Origin: Pseudonocardia sp. DSM 110487 | GTDB taxonomy: Bacteria > Actinomycetota > Actinomycetes > Mycobacteriales > Pseudonocardiaceae | Direction of reading: 5' to 3' | NCBI RefSeq assembly: GCF_019468565.1 | Contig: NZ_CP080521.1 | Coordinates: 9,651,214 to 9,715,213, forward strand | DNA length: 64,000 nucleotides | Part shown: in pieces, positions 18,902-29,236 of the stretch | Layout: every line of letters starts with the position of its first letter | How positions within the stretch are numbered: position 1 is the stretch's first letter | Position numbers and translations under genes: made by a program | The notes under the pieces: generated by a model | Databases searched by the model: none | What the model saw: only the letters and a program-made list of their open reading frames with translations | Told to the model about the DNA's origin: nothing

Positions 18902-19681
18902 ATGAGACCCATCAGCAGCTTCCTCGCGCTGGGAGACAGCTTCACAGAGGGCTTGGACGACTGGCGCCCCGACGGTACTCCCCGCGGGTGGGCCGACCGG
19001 GTGGCCGAACATCTGAGTGCCGCCCGCCCCGGCTTCCGCTACGCCAACCTCGCCGTGCGCGGCAAGCTCCTCGACCAGATCGTCGAGGACCAGATCCCGG
19101 TGGCCGAGCGGCTCCGCCCGGATCTGATCAGCTTCTGCGCCGGCGGCAACGACATCATCCGGTTCTCCTGCGACACCGACGACCTCGCCCGCCGCTTCGA
19201 CGCCGCGCTGGAACGGGTCACCGCCACCGGGGCGCACGTCCTGATGTTCACCGGCTTCGACCTCGGCCGGATGCACCCGATCATCCGCAGGCTGCGCGGA
19301 CGCGTCGCCTGCTTCAACGAGCTGATGCGCGCCAGCGCCGAGCGCCACGGCAGCACCGTGGTTGACCTCTGGGGCATGGCGCCGCTCGCCGATCCGCGCA
19401 GTTGGGGCCGTGACCGCCTGCACCTCACCGCCGAGGGCCACCGCCGCGTCGCCCTGCGCGTGCTGGAGACGCTCGGCGAGCCCGTCATCGACGACTGGCG
19501 CACCCCGCTGCCCGAGATGGCCCCGACCCCGTGGCAGGACTGGGTGCGCGAGGACCTGCGCTGGATGCGCGACTTCGTGGCGCCTTACGTCCGCAGGCGG
19601 CTGCGGGGCCACGCCACGGGCGACGGCTACTCGCCCAAAAGACCCGAGCTACTCCCGCTGCGCACCCTCGAACACCCGTGA
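18902..19681 (+). CDS. SGNH/GDSL hydrolase family protein
   Basis: GDSFTEG block I right after the start; GGND block; DRLHLT (DxxH) block V. ATG at 18902 preceded by AAAGGGGG. Confidence 0.8.
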   Translation: MRPISSFLALGDSFTEGLDDWRPDGTPRGWADRVAEHLSAARPGFRYANLAVRGKLLDQIVEDQIPVAERLRPDLISFCAGGNDIIRFSCDTDDLARRFDAALERVTATGAHVLMFTGFDLGRMHPIIRRLRGRVACFNELMRASAERHGSTVVDLWGMAPLADPRSWGRDRLHLTAEGHRRVALRVLETLGEPVIDDWRTPLPEMAPTPWQDWVREDLRWMRDFVAPYVRRRLRGHATGDGYSPKRPELLPLRTLEHP

Positions 19682-19722
19682 GCGGATAAGCGCGCTATAG
19701 CTCGCGTATCCACTCACGACCC

Positions 19723-20775
19723 TCATGAAGTGGGCAGTCCGATCCCGTCGGCCACCCGGTCGGCGTGGAAGTCGCCGTCGCCGAAGGCGAGCGCGCTGCT
19801 CATGGCGTGCTGCAGGTAGTGGTGCAGGTCGTGCTCGGCGGTGAACCCGATGGCGCCGTGCACCTGGTGCCCGACGGCGCACACCCGCTGGTAGGCGTCG
19901 CTCACCCACGACTTGGCCACCGACACCGTCAACGCCACCTCGTCAGGGGCCTGACCGGCCGCCGCGAGCCGCCAGATGGCCTCGAAGGCGATGAACCGCG
20001 CCGTGAGGGTGTCGATCGCCATGTCCGCGCAGTGGTGCTGCACGGCTTGGAAGCTGCCGATCGGGCGTCCGAACTGCTCGCGCTGCCCCGCGTACTCCAC
20101 GGTCATGTCCAGGACGCGCTGCATGCCGCCCACCATCTCCGCGCACGTCGCCGCCGCCCCGAACGCCGATGCCGTGGCGCCGATCGCCGCGCCATCGCCG
20201 AGCACCCGGTCGGCCGGTACCGCGACGCTCGCGAACCGGACGTCGTTCTCGGCGTTCGACCCCACCACGTCGAGCCGCTCGGTGGTGACGCCCGCCGCGG
20301 TCCGCTCGACGAGGAAGGCGGTCGGGCCTGACACGACCAGCAGGTCGTCGACGGCGTGCGCGAACGGCACGAACCGCGCGATGCCCTCGATGACGTACCC
20401 GTCGCCCGACGCCGTGGCGCTGACCGTCGCCCCATCGGCGTAGGCGATGGTTTGGCCCTCGACGATCCGCGGCAGCCAGCGCTCCCGCTGCTCGGCCGAG
20501 CCCAGCCGCTCGATGGTCGCGCCGCACGCCACCGTGTGCAGGAACGGGCTCGGCACCCGTGCGGCGCCCATCTCCTCGATGAGCAGACAGGCCTCGAGGA
20601 AGCCCTCGCCGACGCCGCCGTAGGCCTCCGGCACGGCTAACCCGGTCCAGCCGAGCTCGACCATCTCCTTCCACAGGTCTGTCGAGAAGTCCCCGGGCAC
20701 CGCCGCTCGCCCGGCGAGCACGTCACGGGCGGTGCGGCGGATGAGCTCCTGGTCCTCGGTGAGGGTCAGATCCAT
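19723..20775 (-). CDS. acyl-CoA dehydrogenase family protein
   Basis: ACAD N/M/C-domain pattern (…YGGVGEGFLEACLLIEE…; C-terminal …GFTAEHDLHHY…). Confidence 0.8.
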   Translation of the reverse strand: MDLTLTEDQELIRRTARDVLAGRAAVPGDFSTDLWKEMVELGWTGLAVPEAYGGVGEGFLEACLLIEEMGAARVPSPFLHTVACGATIERLGSAEQRERWLPRIVEGQTIAYADGATVSATASGDGYVIEGIARFVPFAHAVDDLLVVSGPTAFLVERTAAGVTTERLDVVGSNAENDVRFASVAVPADRVLGDGAAIGATASAFGAAATCAEMVGGMQRVLDMTVEYAGQREQFGRPIGSFQAVQHHCADMAIDTLTARFIAFEAIWRLAAAGQAPDEVALTVSVAKSWVSDAYQRVCAVGHQVHGAIGFTAEHDLHHYLQHAMSSALAFGDGDFHADRVADGIGLPTS

Positions 20776-20910
20776 GTGAGTCCTCTGGGTTCATCAGCGG
20801 CGAAGCCGCTCGGGGTAGCACGCCACCGGCACCGCTGCGGGTTCTCAGACGTCCTCTCGCGAGGACGGTTCCGCTACCCGCACCGCCACGCAAAGCAACC
20901 ACAACAGGTG

Positions 20911-21849
20911 CTAGTTGGCGGGCGGGATCTTGTCCGAGCGCACCCAGACCCCAGGCCGTTCTTCCCAGAACAGCTGCACGAGCACGCCGCCCGCGTGCTT
21001 GGGGTGGATGAACGTGTGCTTCCACGCCGCGCCGTCCTTGACGCCCTCCTCGTCGTCGAACGTCGGGATGTCGTGGACACCGCAGGCGGCCAGCGCGGCA
21101 TCCCAGTCGGCCACCTCGAACGTCACGTGGTGGGCGGCGGCGCCGTTGCGCGCGAGGAACTTGTCGACGAACGAGTCCTCGCCGCGGCCGGTGATCACCT
21201 CCCAGCAGATGCTGGAGCCGGGGACGTTCAGCACGAGGTCGGCCATGTCGGGGATCTCGTCGTCGGCCGTGCGCCAGACCTCGACGAATCCGGCGAGGTC
21301 GGAGTACCAGCGCGACAGCTCGTCGCGGTCGTGGAAGGCCTGGCAGATGTGGTCGATCCCGCGGATGCCCAGTGTCGGCCCGTTCGCGTCGACCGGCTTG
21401 ACGGCCGTCGCCTCGTCGTCGCCGAGCATCGCGAGGTTGCCGGGCCCACGCAGGCGCCACAGCACGCCGGGTCCGTGTTCTGGCGGCGAAAGGGACGCCT
21501 CCACCCAGCGCCCCGGCACCGAGTCGGTGATCTTCAAGCCGCGCTTGTCGAGCTCGGCGACCGCGGCGTCCAGATCCGGCACCTCGGCGCCGACGTGGTG
21601 CAGCCCCGGCCGGCCGCCCTTCTCATCGAGCCAGTTCGACAGCGTTCCGCCATCGTCGGACGGCGCGAGCACGACCCACGTCTGCCCCGAGCTGCCCGGC
21701 ACCGCGAGCCGCACCCCGCGGACGCCAGCAGCGGGGTTGTCCCACACGTGCGTGCGCCGGAAGCCGAACAGGCCCTCCAGCAGCGGGAGCTGCTTGTCGA
21801 GGTCGGGGGTCGCCACCGCGACGTGGTCGATCCGGTAGATCTTCAGCAT
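20911..21849 (-). CDS. two-domain VOC (glyoxalase/extradiol-dioxygenase-like) protein
   Basis: Two tandem beta-alpha-beta-beta-beta modules (…HVAVATPDLD…HHVGAEVPDLD… / …IDHICQAFHDRDEL…HHVTFEVADWD…). Confidence 0.7.
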   Translation of the reverse strand: MLKIYRIDHVAVATPDLDKQLPLLEGLFGFRRTHVWDNPAAGVRGVRLAVPGSSGQTWVVLAPSDDGGTLSNWLDEKGGRPGLHHVGAEVPDLDAAVAELDKRGLKITDSVPGRWVEASLSPPEHGPGVLWRLRGPGNLAMLGDDEATAVKPVDANGPTLGIRGIDHICQAFHDRDELSRWYSDLAGFVEVWRTADDEIPDMADLVLNVPGSSICWEVITGRGEDSFVDKFLARNGAAAHHVTFEVADWDAALAACGVHDIPTFDDEEGVKDGAAWKHTFIHPKHAGGVLVQLFWEERPGVWVRSDKIPPAN

Positions 21850-21860
21850 CTTCTCGCTCC

Positions 21861-22607
21861 TCAGCTGGGGTGCGGCTCGATCCAGTCGTAGCCTGCGGTG
21901 ACCAGCTCCTTGACGAGGCGCAGGTTGTACCGGTTCATCGCCCCGATCCGTTCGGCGAGCGCGGCCACCTTCTCGTCGAACTCGTCGGTCGGGAACACGT
22001 CGTTGACCAGGCCGATCTGCAGGGCCCGCTGCGCGTCGAGGGTGACGCCGGTGAAGAGCATCTCCTTGGCCCGTGCCATGCCGACACGGGCGGGCAGCCG
22101 CTTGAGCCCGCCCCAGCCGGGCGCGCTTCCGCCCACCTCGGGCTGGTCGGGGTCTTCCTTGCCATCCATGAACTTCGGCTGGTGCGGCGGCCGGGCGGAG
22201 AGGGTGATCTCCACCAGCCCCATCTTCGCGTTGTCAGCGCAGACGATGAAGTCCGCGGCGAGCGCCAGCTCGAGCCCGCCGCCGACGGCGTAGCCGCGCA
22301 CCGCGGCGAACACCGGGATGGAGAGCCGCTCCATCATCGCGAACGTCTTCTCGCCGAGGCGGCCCTGCTCGATCCGGTCGGCCTTGGTGAGCGACTCCGA
22401 CCAGTCGAGGTCCATGCCGGCGCAGAACCCCTTCTCGCCTGCGCCCTGCAGCACCGCGACGCAGACCTCGGGGTCGTCGTCGATGTCGGTGAAGACCTTG
22501 CGCAGGCCGTGCATCATCTCCGGGGTCAGGGAGTTGAGCTTCTTCGGCCGGTCGAGCGTGATCCAGCAGACGCGGTCCTTGACGACGACGTCCAGTCCTT
22601 CGGTCAT
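21861..22607 (-). CDS. enoyl-CoA hydratase/isomerase (crotonase) family protein
   Basis: AGEKGFCAGMDL oxyanion-hole region. ATG at 22607 preceded by AGGAGG. The ORF-track N-terminal extension is an artefact. Confidence 0.85.
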   Translation of the reverse strand: MTEGLDVVVKDRVCWITLDRPKKLNSLTPEMMHGLRKVFTDIDDDPEVCVAVLQGAGEKGFCAGMDLDWSESLTKADRIEQGRLGEKTFAMMERLSIPVFAAVRGYAVGGGLELALAADFIVCADNAKMGLVEITLSARPPHQPKFMDGKEDPDQPEVGGSAPGWGGLKRLPARVGMARAKEMLFTGVTLDAQRALQIGLVNDVFPTDEFDEKVAALAERIGAMNRYNLRLVKELVTAGYDWIEPHPS

Positions 22608-22617
22608 GTGTTTCCTC

Positions 22618-23844
22618 CTACGAACGCGGCAGGCCCAGGCCGCGGGTGGCGATGACGTTGCGCTGGATCTCGGACGCGCCGCCGAGGAACGTGGCGGCGA
22701 CCGAGTCCATGCGCATGTGGGTGAAGGCGGCACCGAGCGGGGCGTCGCGGCGCTGCCACAGCAGCCCGTGCCTACCGAACACGTGAGCGCCGGTGCGGGC
22801 GAGCCGCTGGTGCAGCTCGGCGCTGAAGAGCTGGTTGACCGAGGCCTCGTAGCCGGGCACGGGGTTGGTGACGCTGTAGCGGGCGATGTTGTACAGCACC
22901 CGCATCTCGACGTACCGCCGCGCGATCTCCTGCCGGGCGCCCCGCTCCCAGCCCTCCCGCAGGTGCTCCCGCCCCTCCGGCGTGCCGATGTGCTCGACGA
23001 GGCGGGCGATCGCCTGCTCGTACTTGATCGTGGCCCCGATCCCGGCCCGCTCGAAGCTGAGCGCGTCCATCGCCACGTACCAGCCCCGGTTCTCCTCGCC
23101 CACGCGGTTGGCGACGGGCACCCTCGCACCTTCGAAGAAGATCTCCGAGAACGGGGCGTCGCCGCGGATGTCGCGGATCGGCCGGATCGTGACCCCCGGC
23201 GTGTTCACGTCGACGAGCAGGAACGTGATCCCCCGGTGCTTGGGCGCCGCGTCCGGGTCGGTGCGGACCAGTACGAACAGCCAGTCGGCGTTGTGGCCGA
23301 GCGAGGTCCACAACTTCTGCCCGTCCACCACGTAGTGATCGCCGTCCCGCACGGCCCTCGTCCGCAGGCTTGCCAGGTCGGAGCCCGCGCCCGGCTCGGA
23401 GAAGCCCTGCGCCCATGCGCGTTCGCCGCGCGCGATCGGGGGGAGGTGCTCGGCGCGCTGCTCGTCGGTGCCGTGGGCGAGCAGGGTGGGGCCGAGCAGG
23501 AACGCGCCGATGCCGTTCACGGTCGGCACCCGCGCCCGCATCATCTCCTCGTGGAGGATGAACTCCTCCATCGCCGACAGGCCGGCACCGCCGTACTCCA
23601 CGGGCCAGTGCGGCGCGATCCAGCCGCGTTCCGCCAGCGCCGCGGCCCATTCCAGGGCCCCCTCCTTGCGAGCGAGGTCCGCACTGTTGCGGTCGACCGG
23701 CCAGTTGTAGCCCCAGACGTCCTCCGGCTCGAGGCTCTGCTCGGCGTCCGGGTCCGGCGTGTACGCGGCCGGGAACCGGTCGCGGACGAACGCGCGCACC
23801 TCCTCGCGGAACGCCGCCTGATCAGGGGTGTCTTCCCAGTTCAT
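22618..23844 (-). CDS. acyl-CoA dehydrogenase
   Basis: ACAD fold with C-terminal …GGASEIQRNVIA. ATG at 23844 overlaps the acyl-CoA ligase stop (ATGA). Confidence 0.85.
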   Translation of the reverse strand: MNWEDTPDQAAFREEVRAFVRDRFPAAYTPDPDAEQSLEPEDVWGYNWPVDRNSADLARKEGALEWAAALAERGWIAPHWPVEYGGAGLSAMEEFILHEEMMRARVPTVNGIGAFLLGPTLLAHGTDEQRAEHLPPIARGERAWAQGFSEPGAGSDLASLRTRAVRDGDHYVVDGQKLWTSLGHNADWLFVLVRTDPDAAPKHRGITFLLVDVNTPGVTIRPIRDIRGDAPFSEIFFEGARVPVANRVGEENRGWYVAMDALSFERAGIGATIKYEQAIARLVEHIGTPEGREHLREGWERGARQEIARRYVEMRVLYNIARYSVTNPVPGYEASVNQLFSAELHQRLARTGAHVFGRHGLLWQRRDAPLGAAFTHMRMDSVAATFLGGASEIQRNVIATRGLGLPRS

Positions 23845-25481
23845 GCCGTCCTTCCCGGCGTCGCCTCCGCAGCGGCGGATGCCTGGCTCACCCGCGTGCT
23901 CGGCGCGGCGCGCTCGCGGTCCCACGTACCCGGCGTGATGCCCTGGTCACCCATCGCCCGCAGTGTGTGCTTGGCGACCTTGTCGGTGGGGGTGCGGGGC
24001 AGCTCGCCGACGAACTCGATGTAGCGCGGCACCATGAACGACGGCAGCTTGGCGGCGCAGTACGCGACGAGCTCGGCGGCCGACAGGTCGGCGCCGGGGG
24101 TCCGCACGACCGCCAGCTTCACGTCCTCCTCGCCCAGCTCGGACGGCACGCCGAAGGCCGCGGACTCGACGACATCCGGGTGCAGGTTCACCTCGCACTC
24201 GATGTCGAACGCCGAGATGTTCTCCCCGCGCCTGCGGATGGCGTCGGCGATCCGGTCGAGGAAGTAGAAGTAGCCGTCGTCGTCGCGCCATGCGCGGTCG
24301 CCGGTGTGGAACCACATGTTCCGGAACGCCTTCGCGGTGGCCGCCGGCATGCCGTAGTAGCCGGTGGTGATCACGAACGGCTGCTTGGGCCGCACCACGA
24401 GCTCGCCCGGCTCGCCGGCAGGGACCTCGCGGTCGTCCTCGTCGACGACGGCCACCTCGAACCGCTCGGAGTGGGCCTGCCCCATCGATCCGAGGCGCCA
24501 CTGCCCGTACGCGCTGCCGGTCGCGATGCCGACCTCGGTGCTGGTGTAGGTCTCCGCCGACCGGACGCCGAAGCGTTCCAGCAGGGGCGCGTCCAGCGCG
24601 GACTTGCCCATGTAGAACGTCTCGAGCGGGTGGTCGTGGTCCCGTGGTCCCGGCGGCGCGCTCAGCAGGATCGGGATCATCGCGAACACGCTCATGGTGA
24701 CCTGCGCGTCGAAGTACCGCACGTCGTCCCAGAACCGCGATGCGCTGAAGCGCTCGACGATGCCGATCGGGCTCCCGGACAGCAACGAGGAGAACACCCC
24801 GTCCCACAGCCCTGCCGCGTGGAAGAGCGGCAGCGGGCAGTACGTGGTCTTTCCCCACCGGTCGAGGAAGTCCAGCGAGTCGTACGCACAGGCGAGGGCC
24901 AGCGCGTGCGGCACCATCGCTCCTTTGGAGCGCCCCGTGGTGCCGGACGTGTACATGATCGCCTGCAGGTCGGAGAACCGCGCACCGCTCGGGACCGGCT
25001 CGGCCCCGTGCGCCAGCAGGCGTGACATCGGGATCGCGCCGTCGGCGAGCACCGCGAGCGACGGCTCCTGCCCGCGGACGATCACGCGGATCGGATCCGG
25101 CACAGCAGGAAGCACCGCCGGTAGGCGGTCGGCGTACTCGGCGTCGATCAGCAGCGTGGAGACGTCCGCGCTGTCCAGCACGTGCCGGAGCAGCTCCCCG
25201 CGGTACGCCGTGTTCACCGGCACCGCGACCGCGCCGATGCGCGCGAGCGCGACGATCACCGGCACGAACTCGGGGCAGTTCGGCAGCATCACCGCCACGT
25301 GGTCGCCGCGGCCAACACCCTCGGCGGCGAACCCGTTGGCGTACCTGTCGGCGGCGACGTCCACGTCGACGAAGGACAGCTCGCCGTCGCGGAACTTCAG
25401 GAACGCCGCCTTCCCGTGGGTCTCGGCGCGCGACCTGAGCACGTCACCGAGTACGAGACCCTCGAGCCACTCCTGGTTCAA
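23841..25481 (-). CDS. AMP-dependent synthetase/ligase (acyl-CoA synthetase)
   Basis: AMP-binding motifs (YTSGTTGRSKGAM, …TGD…, PRTPTDKVAK). TTG start at 25481 with GGGAGG 7 nt upstream. The ORF-track call to 26027 is an in-frame read-through artefact overlapping ectC. Confidence 0.8.
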   Translation of the reverse strand: MNQEWLEGLVLGDVLRSRAETHGKAAFLKFRDGELSFVDVDVAADRYANGFAAEGVGRGDHVAVMLPNCPEFVPVIVALARIGAVAVPVNTAYRGELLRHVLDSADVSTLLIDAEYADRLPAVLPAVPDPIRVIVRGQEPSLAVLADGAIPMSRLLAHGAEPVPSGARFSDLQAIMYTSGTTGRSKGAMVPHALALACAYDSLDFLDRWGKTTYCPLPLFHAAGLWDGVFSSLLSGSPIGIVERFSASRFWDDVRYFDAQVTMSVFAMIPILLSAPPGPRDHDHPLETFYMGKSALDAPLLERFGVRSAETYTSTEVGIATGSAYGQWRLGSMGQAHSERFEVAVVDEDDREVPAGEPGELVVRPKQPFVITTGYYGMPAATAKAFRNMWFHTGDRAWRDDDGYFYFLDRIADAIRRRGENISAFDIECEVNLHPDVVESAAFGVPSELGEEDVKLAVVRTPGADLSAAELVAYCAAKLPSFMVPRYIEFVGELPRTPTDKVAKHTLRAMGDQGITPGTWDRERAAPSTRVSQASAAAEATPGRTA

Positions 25482-25561
25482 TTGACACCTCCCTCGACCG
25501 GGCGAAACGGCTGCCGCCCTGCTCGGCGGCAGCCGTTTCGCGACCGGGGCGCCGACCTCCC

Positions 25562-25987
25562 TCAGGAGGCCTCCGCCGTCGTGCCCAATCCGTCGGGCGC
25601 TGGCTCGACGATCAGCGGGTACACGCCGTTCTCGTCGTGCACCTCGCGCCCGGTCACGGGCGGGTTGAACACGCACACCGTGCGCATCCGCGTGCGCGGG
25701 CGCAGCTGGTGGTGCTCGTGGCCGTTCAGGACGTAGACGGAGCCAGGGCCGAGCTGGTAGGTGACGCCGTTGTCCTTGTCGGTGAGCTCGCCTTCGCCCT
25801 CGATGACCCAGACGGCCTCGATGTGGTTGGCGTACCAGAAGTCGTTGATCGAACCGGCGTCGAGCACGGTCTCGTGCAACGAGAACCCGACGCCGTCGCC
25901 GGCGAGCACGATGCGCTTGCTGCGCCAGTGCTCGGTCTTGACGTCGCGCTCGGTGTCGGTGATCTCCTCGAGCGTGCGGACGATCAC
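25562..25987 (-). CDS. ectC: L-ectoine synthase EctC
   Basis: [40 protein letters not shown]…[11 protein letters not shown]…[24 protein letters not shown] is near-identical in pattern to EctC. GTG start overlaps the ectB stop (GTGA). Confidence 0.9.
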   Translation of the reverse strand: MIVRTLEEITDTERDVKTEHWRSKRIVLAGDGVGFSLHETVLDAGSINDFWYANHIEAVWVIEGEGELTDKDNGVTYQLGPGSVYVLNGHEHHQLRPRTRMRTVCVFNPPVTGREVHDENGVYPLIVEPAPDGLGTTAEAS

Positions 25988-27252
25988 GCGGACATCCCTT
26001 CGGTGACGGCTCGGACGGATTCGGCAACCAGCCCCAGCCCCTCCTCCAGCTCCGCGTCGGTGATCGTGAGCGGCGGCATGAGCTTCATGACCTCGTCGGT
26101 GGGGCCGGCAGTCTCGATGATCAGGCCCCGCTCGAACGCCGCGGCGCACGCCTTCGCGGCGAGCTCGGGCTGGGAGAAGGACAGTCCGCGGGCCAGGCCG
26201 CGGCCCTTCGGGGTGAGCTCCACGCTCTCCGAGTCCGCCGCCACCTCCGCGAGGGCGGCGCCAACGCGCTCCCCCTTGGCGATGGTGGAGCGTTCGAGGG
26301 TGTCGTCGCTCCAGTATTCGCGCAGGGCGGCGGTGGCGGTGACGAACGCCGGGTTGTGCCCGCGGAACGTGCCGTTGTGCTCGCCGGGTCCCCACTGGTC
26401 GAGCTCGGGTTTGATGAGCGTGAGGGCCATGGGCAGGCCGTAGCCGCTGATCGACTTGGACAGGCAGACGATGTCGGGCCGGATGCCGGCCGCCTCGAAC
26501 GAGAAGAAGGGCCCGGTGCGCCCGACGCCCATCTGCACGTCGTCGACGATCAAGATCATGCCGTGGCGCCGGCACAGGTCTTCCAGCCCCTGCAGCCACT
26601 CGACGCGGGCCGGGTTGATGCCGCCCTCGCCCTGCACGGTCTCCACGATGACGCCTGCGGGCTCGTTCAGGCCGCTGCCCGCGTCGCCGAGCAGCTTCTC
26701 GAACCAGAGGAAATCCGGCACCGTGCCGTCGAAGTAGTTGTCGAACGGCATCGGGGTGGCGTGCACGAGCGGCACGCCCGCCCCACCGCGTTTCATCGAG
26801 TTCCCGGTGACGGACAGGGCGCCCAGCGTCATGCCGTGGAACCCGTTCGTAAAGTTGATCATCGACTCCCGGCCGGTGATCTTGCGCGCGAGCTTCAGCG
26901 CCGACTCGACGGTGTTGGCTCCGGTCGGCCCCGGGAACTGGACCTTGTAGTCGAGCCCGCGCGGTTTCAGCACGAGTTCCTCGAACGTCCGCAGGAACTC
27001 ACCCTTGGCCACGGTGTACATGTCGAGGCCGTGGGTGATGCCGTCGCGCGCGAGGTACTCCATGAGCGGCGCTTTCAGCGCCGGCGGATTGTGCCCGTAG
27101 TTCAGTGCGCCGGCACCGGCGAAGAAATCGAGATAGCTGTGGCCGTCGATATCTGTAATTCGAGATCCGCGGGCGGTGTCGAACACCACCGGCCAACTCC
27201 GGCAGTAACTGCGGACCTCGGACTCCAGGTCGTCGAAAACGGTCGTTTCCAC
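25984..27252 (-). CDS. ectB: diaminobutyrate--2-oxoglutarate transaminase EctB
   Basis: [17 protein letters not shown]-terminus and class-III aminotransferase body are characteristic of EctB. GTG start at 27252 preceded by GGGAGAGG. Confidence 0.9.
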   Translation of the reverse strand: METTVFDDLESEVRSYCRSWPVVFDTARGSRITDIDGHSYLDFFAGAGALNYGHNPPALKAPLMEYLARDGITHGLDMYTVAKGEFLRTFEELVLKPRGLDYKVQFPGPTGANTVESALKLARKITGRESMINFTNGFHGMTLGALSVTGNSMKRGGAGVPLVHATPMPFDNYFDGTVPDFLWFEKLLGDAGSGLNEPAGVIVETVQGEGGINPARVEWLQGLEDLCRRHGMILIVDDVQMGVGRTGPFFSFEAAGIRPDIVCLSKSISGYGLPMALTLIKPELDQWGPGEHNGTFRGHNPAFVTATAALREYWSDDTLERSTIAKGERVGAALAEVAADSESVELTPKGRGLARGLSFSQPELAAKACAAAFERGLIIETAGPTDEVMKLMPPLTITDAELEEGLGLVAESVRAVTEGMSA

Positions 27253-27289
27253 GGGCCTCTCCCTGTGAAACGTCGTGATGATCGTCAGG

Positions 27290-27814
27290 TCAGCGGCGGA
27301 CCGGTCCGATCCGGAACAAGATCTCTGGTGGGTGTCCGTCGCCGAGCAGCTCTGCATCGAACAGCTCGCTGTGACGCACAGAAGCGTCCCGCCGCTCAGC
27401 GAATCGACTGAAGAGCGCGACGGACCCCGTGTTGTCGGGCGTGACGGTGGCCTCGAGGTGATCTACTCCAGGTACGCGGTCGAACAGGGCGTCGAGCATC
27501 GCCGCCGCCACGCCTTGCCCGCGCGCCGCGGCATCCACGCCGACCTGCCATACGACCAGGGTGGACGGCTCCTCGGGTCGACGGAACCCGGTGACGAACC
27601 CGACCACCTGCCCGTCGTGGCGCGCCACCACCGAGGTGGCGGCGAAATCACGGCACCACAACAGGTAGGCGTATCGGGAGTTCACATCGAGAACCCCGGT
27701 GGCCTCGGCCAGGCGCCAGCACGCGACACCGTCCGAGACCTCGGGGCGACCGATCGTCAGCCGTTCCCCGATGTTTGAGCGTGCACGGTCGGGGGATTCA
27801 ACGGGTGCGGCCAT
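27290..27814 (-). CDS. ectA: L-2,4-diaminobutyrate acetyltransferase EctA
   Basis: GNAT fold (…[10 protein letters not shown]…) in ectA position and size (174 aa). ATG at 27814 chosen; weak RBS. Confidence 0.8.
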   Translation of the reverse strand: MAAPVESPDRARSNIGERLTIGRPEVSDGVACWRLAEATGVLDVNSRYAYLLWCRDFAATSVVARHDGQVVGFVTGFRRPEEPSTLVVWQVGVDAAARGQGVAAAMLDALFDRVPGVDHLEATVTPDNTGSVALFSRFAERRDASVRHSELFDAELLGDGHPPEILFRIGPVRR

Positions 27815-28045
27815 GTCCCAAGAACTTAACAGGCGAGAAACCGGCCCGCCGATCACGGGGTGGCCCGGATCGGTCAAGATTGTGAGCGCTATCACAAAAG
27901 CGTTTGGCGATCACAGATGATGGGAACCGCGTCGTTCCGCCAGGTCACCGGGGGGATTTCGGCGGCTCTACGCGGCGTCGATGCACACTGTTTCAGGCGC
28001 AGATCACGAAATCGCAACGACCATCACATCCGCTAGGCTCGCCCC

Positions 28046-28831
28046 GTGCAGCCCGCCAGCGCGTCCCGTTCGGTCGTCGTCACCGGAGGGGGCCGCGGCG
28101 TTGGCAGGGCGGTCGTCGAGCGTCTTCTGCGCGACGGAGCGCACGTGGTCGCGATCGAGCTCGACGAAGGCGCGCTCGACTGGCTCGCCGGCCACCCCCG
28201 CGCGCTCGGTGTGGCGGGCAGCGCCGCCGACGAGGCCGTCACCGAGGCAGCAGCCGACCGTGCCGAAGAGGCCGCGCCGCTCACCGGCTGGGTCAACAAC
28301 GCCGCGGTCTTCCGCGACGCGTCGGTGCACACCGCTCCGGCGGACGAGATCCTCGACCTGGTCCGGACCAACCTCGCCCCAGCCCTCGTCGGCTGTACCA
28401 CCGCGGTGCGCCGGTTCCTCGCGACCGGCACCGGCGGCGCGATCGTCAACGTCTCCTCCCACCAGGCCCAGCGAGCGGTGCCCGGCTGCACGCCCTACGT
28501 CACGGCGAAGGCAGCGATCGAGGGCCTCACGCGCGCGCTCGCCGTCGAGTACGGGCCGCGCGCCGTGCGGGTGAACGCCGTGGCGCTGGGCTCGATCGCC
28601 ACCGAGCGCTACGCCGCGTACCTCGACGAGCTCGGCCCCGATGGCGCGGCGCAGGTCGAGGAGGAGATGCGGCGGATCCACCCGCTCGGCCGGGTGGGCG
28701 CAGCCGCCGAGGTGGCGTCCGTGATCGCGCACCTGCTCTCGGACGACGCGGCATACGTCACGGGCGCCACGGTGCCGGTGGACGGCGGCCGCTCGGTGCT
28801 CGCGCGCGACCCCGAGGCGCACGACACCTGA
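28046..28831 (+). CDS. SDR family oxidoreductase
   Basis: VVVTGGGRGVGRAV…NNAA…SS…YVTAKAA motifs. Confidence 0.85.
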   Translation: MQPASASRSVVVTGGGRGVGRAVVERLLRDGAHVVAIELDEGALDWLAGHPRALGVAGSAADEAVTEAAADRAEEAAPLTGWVNNAAVFRDASVHTAPADEILDLVRTNLAPALVGCTTAVRRFLATGTGGAIVNVSSHQAQRAVPGCTPYVTAKAAIEGLTRALAVEYGPRAVRVNAVALGSIATERYAAYLDELGPDGAAQVEEEMRRIHPLGRVGAAAEVASVIAHLLSDDAAYVTGATVPVDGGRSVLARDPEAHDT

Positions 28832-28903
28832 GCCGTTCGGCCGCTCGACAGCGCCCGGCACCGGTGGTGGACTGGCCCGCCCATCGGCGCGAGGAGGTTC
28901 GCC

Positions 28904-29236
28904 ATGGCCAAGTTCGCGGTGTTCTTCAGCTACAAGCCGGAGACGTGGAACCGGATGCTGATGAAGCCCGGCGACCGGCCGGCCGCGGTGCGGGATCTGG
29001 CGGCGTCCGTCGGCGGTTCCCTCGAGACGGTGTACTACATGTTCGGTGATCGCGACGGCTTCGTCGTCCTCGACATCCCGGACACCACCACCGCCGCGGC
29101 CGTCTCCATCGCGGTGAGCAGCACCGGGGCGTTCTCGCACCTCGAGACGCGCCAGCTCATCGCCGCGGAGGACCTGCCTGCGGTGCTGGAGAAGGCCGCG
29201 GGCGCGCGGGAGTCGTACCGACCGCCGGGCGAGTGA
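28904..29236 (+). CDS. GYD-domain protein
   Basis: 110 aa (MAKFAVFFSYKPETW…YYMFGDRDGFVVLDIPD) typical of the GYD family. RBS GAGGAGG. Confidence 0.75.
   Translation: MAKFAVFFSYKPETWNRMLMKPGDRPAAVRDLAASVGGSLETVYYMFGDRDGFVVLDIPDTTTAAAVSIAVSSTGAFSHLETRQLIAAEDLPAVLEKAAGARESYRPPGE

Noticed and set aside
23841-26027. 728-aa call for the acyl-CoA ligase extending over ectC
   Set aside because: In-frame read-through upstream of the real TTG start (GGGAGG RBS). The extension overlaps ectC on the same strand in another frame.
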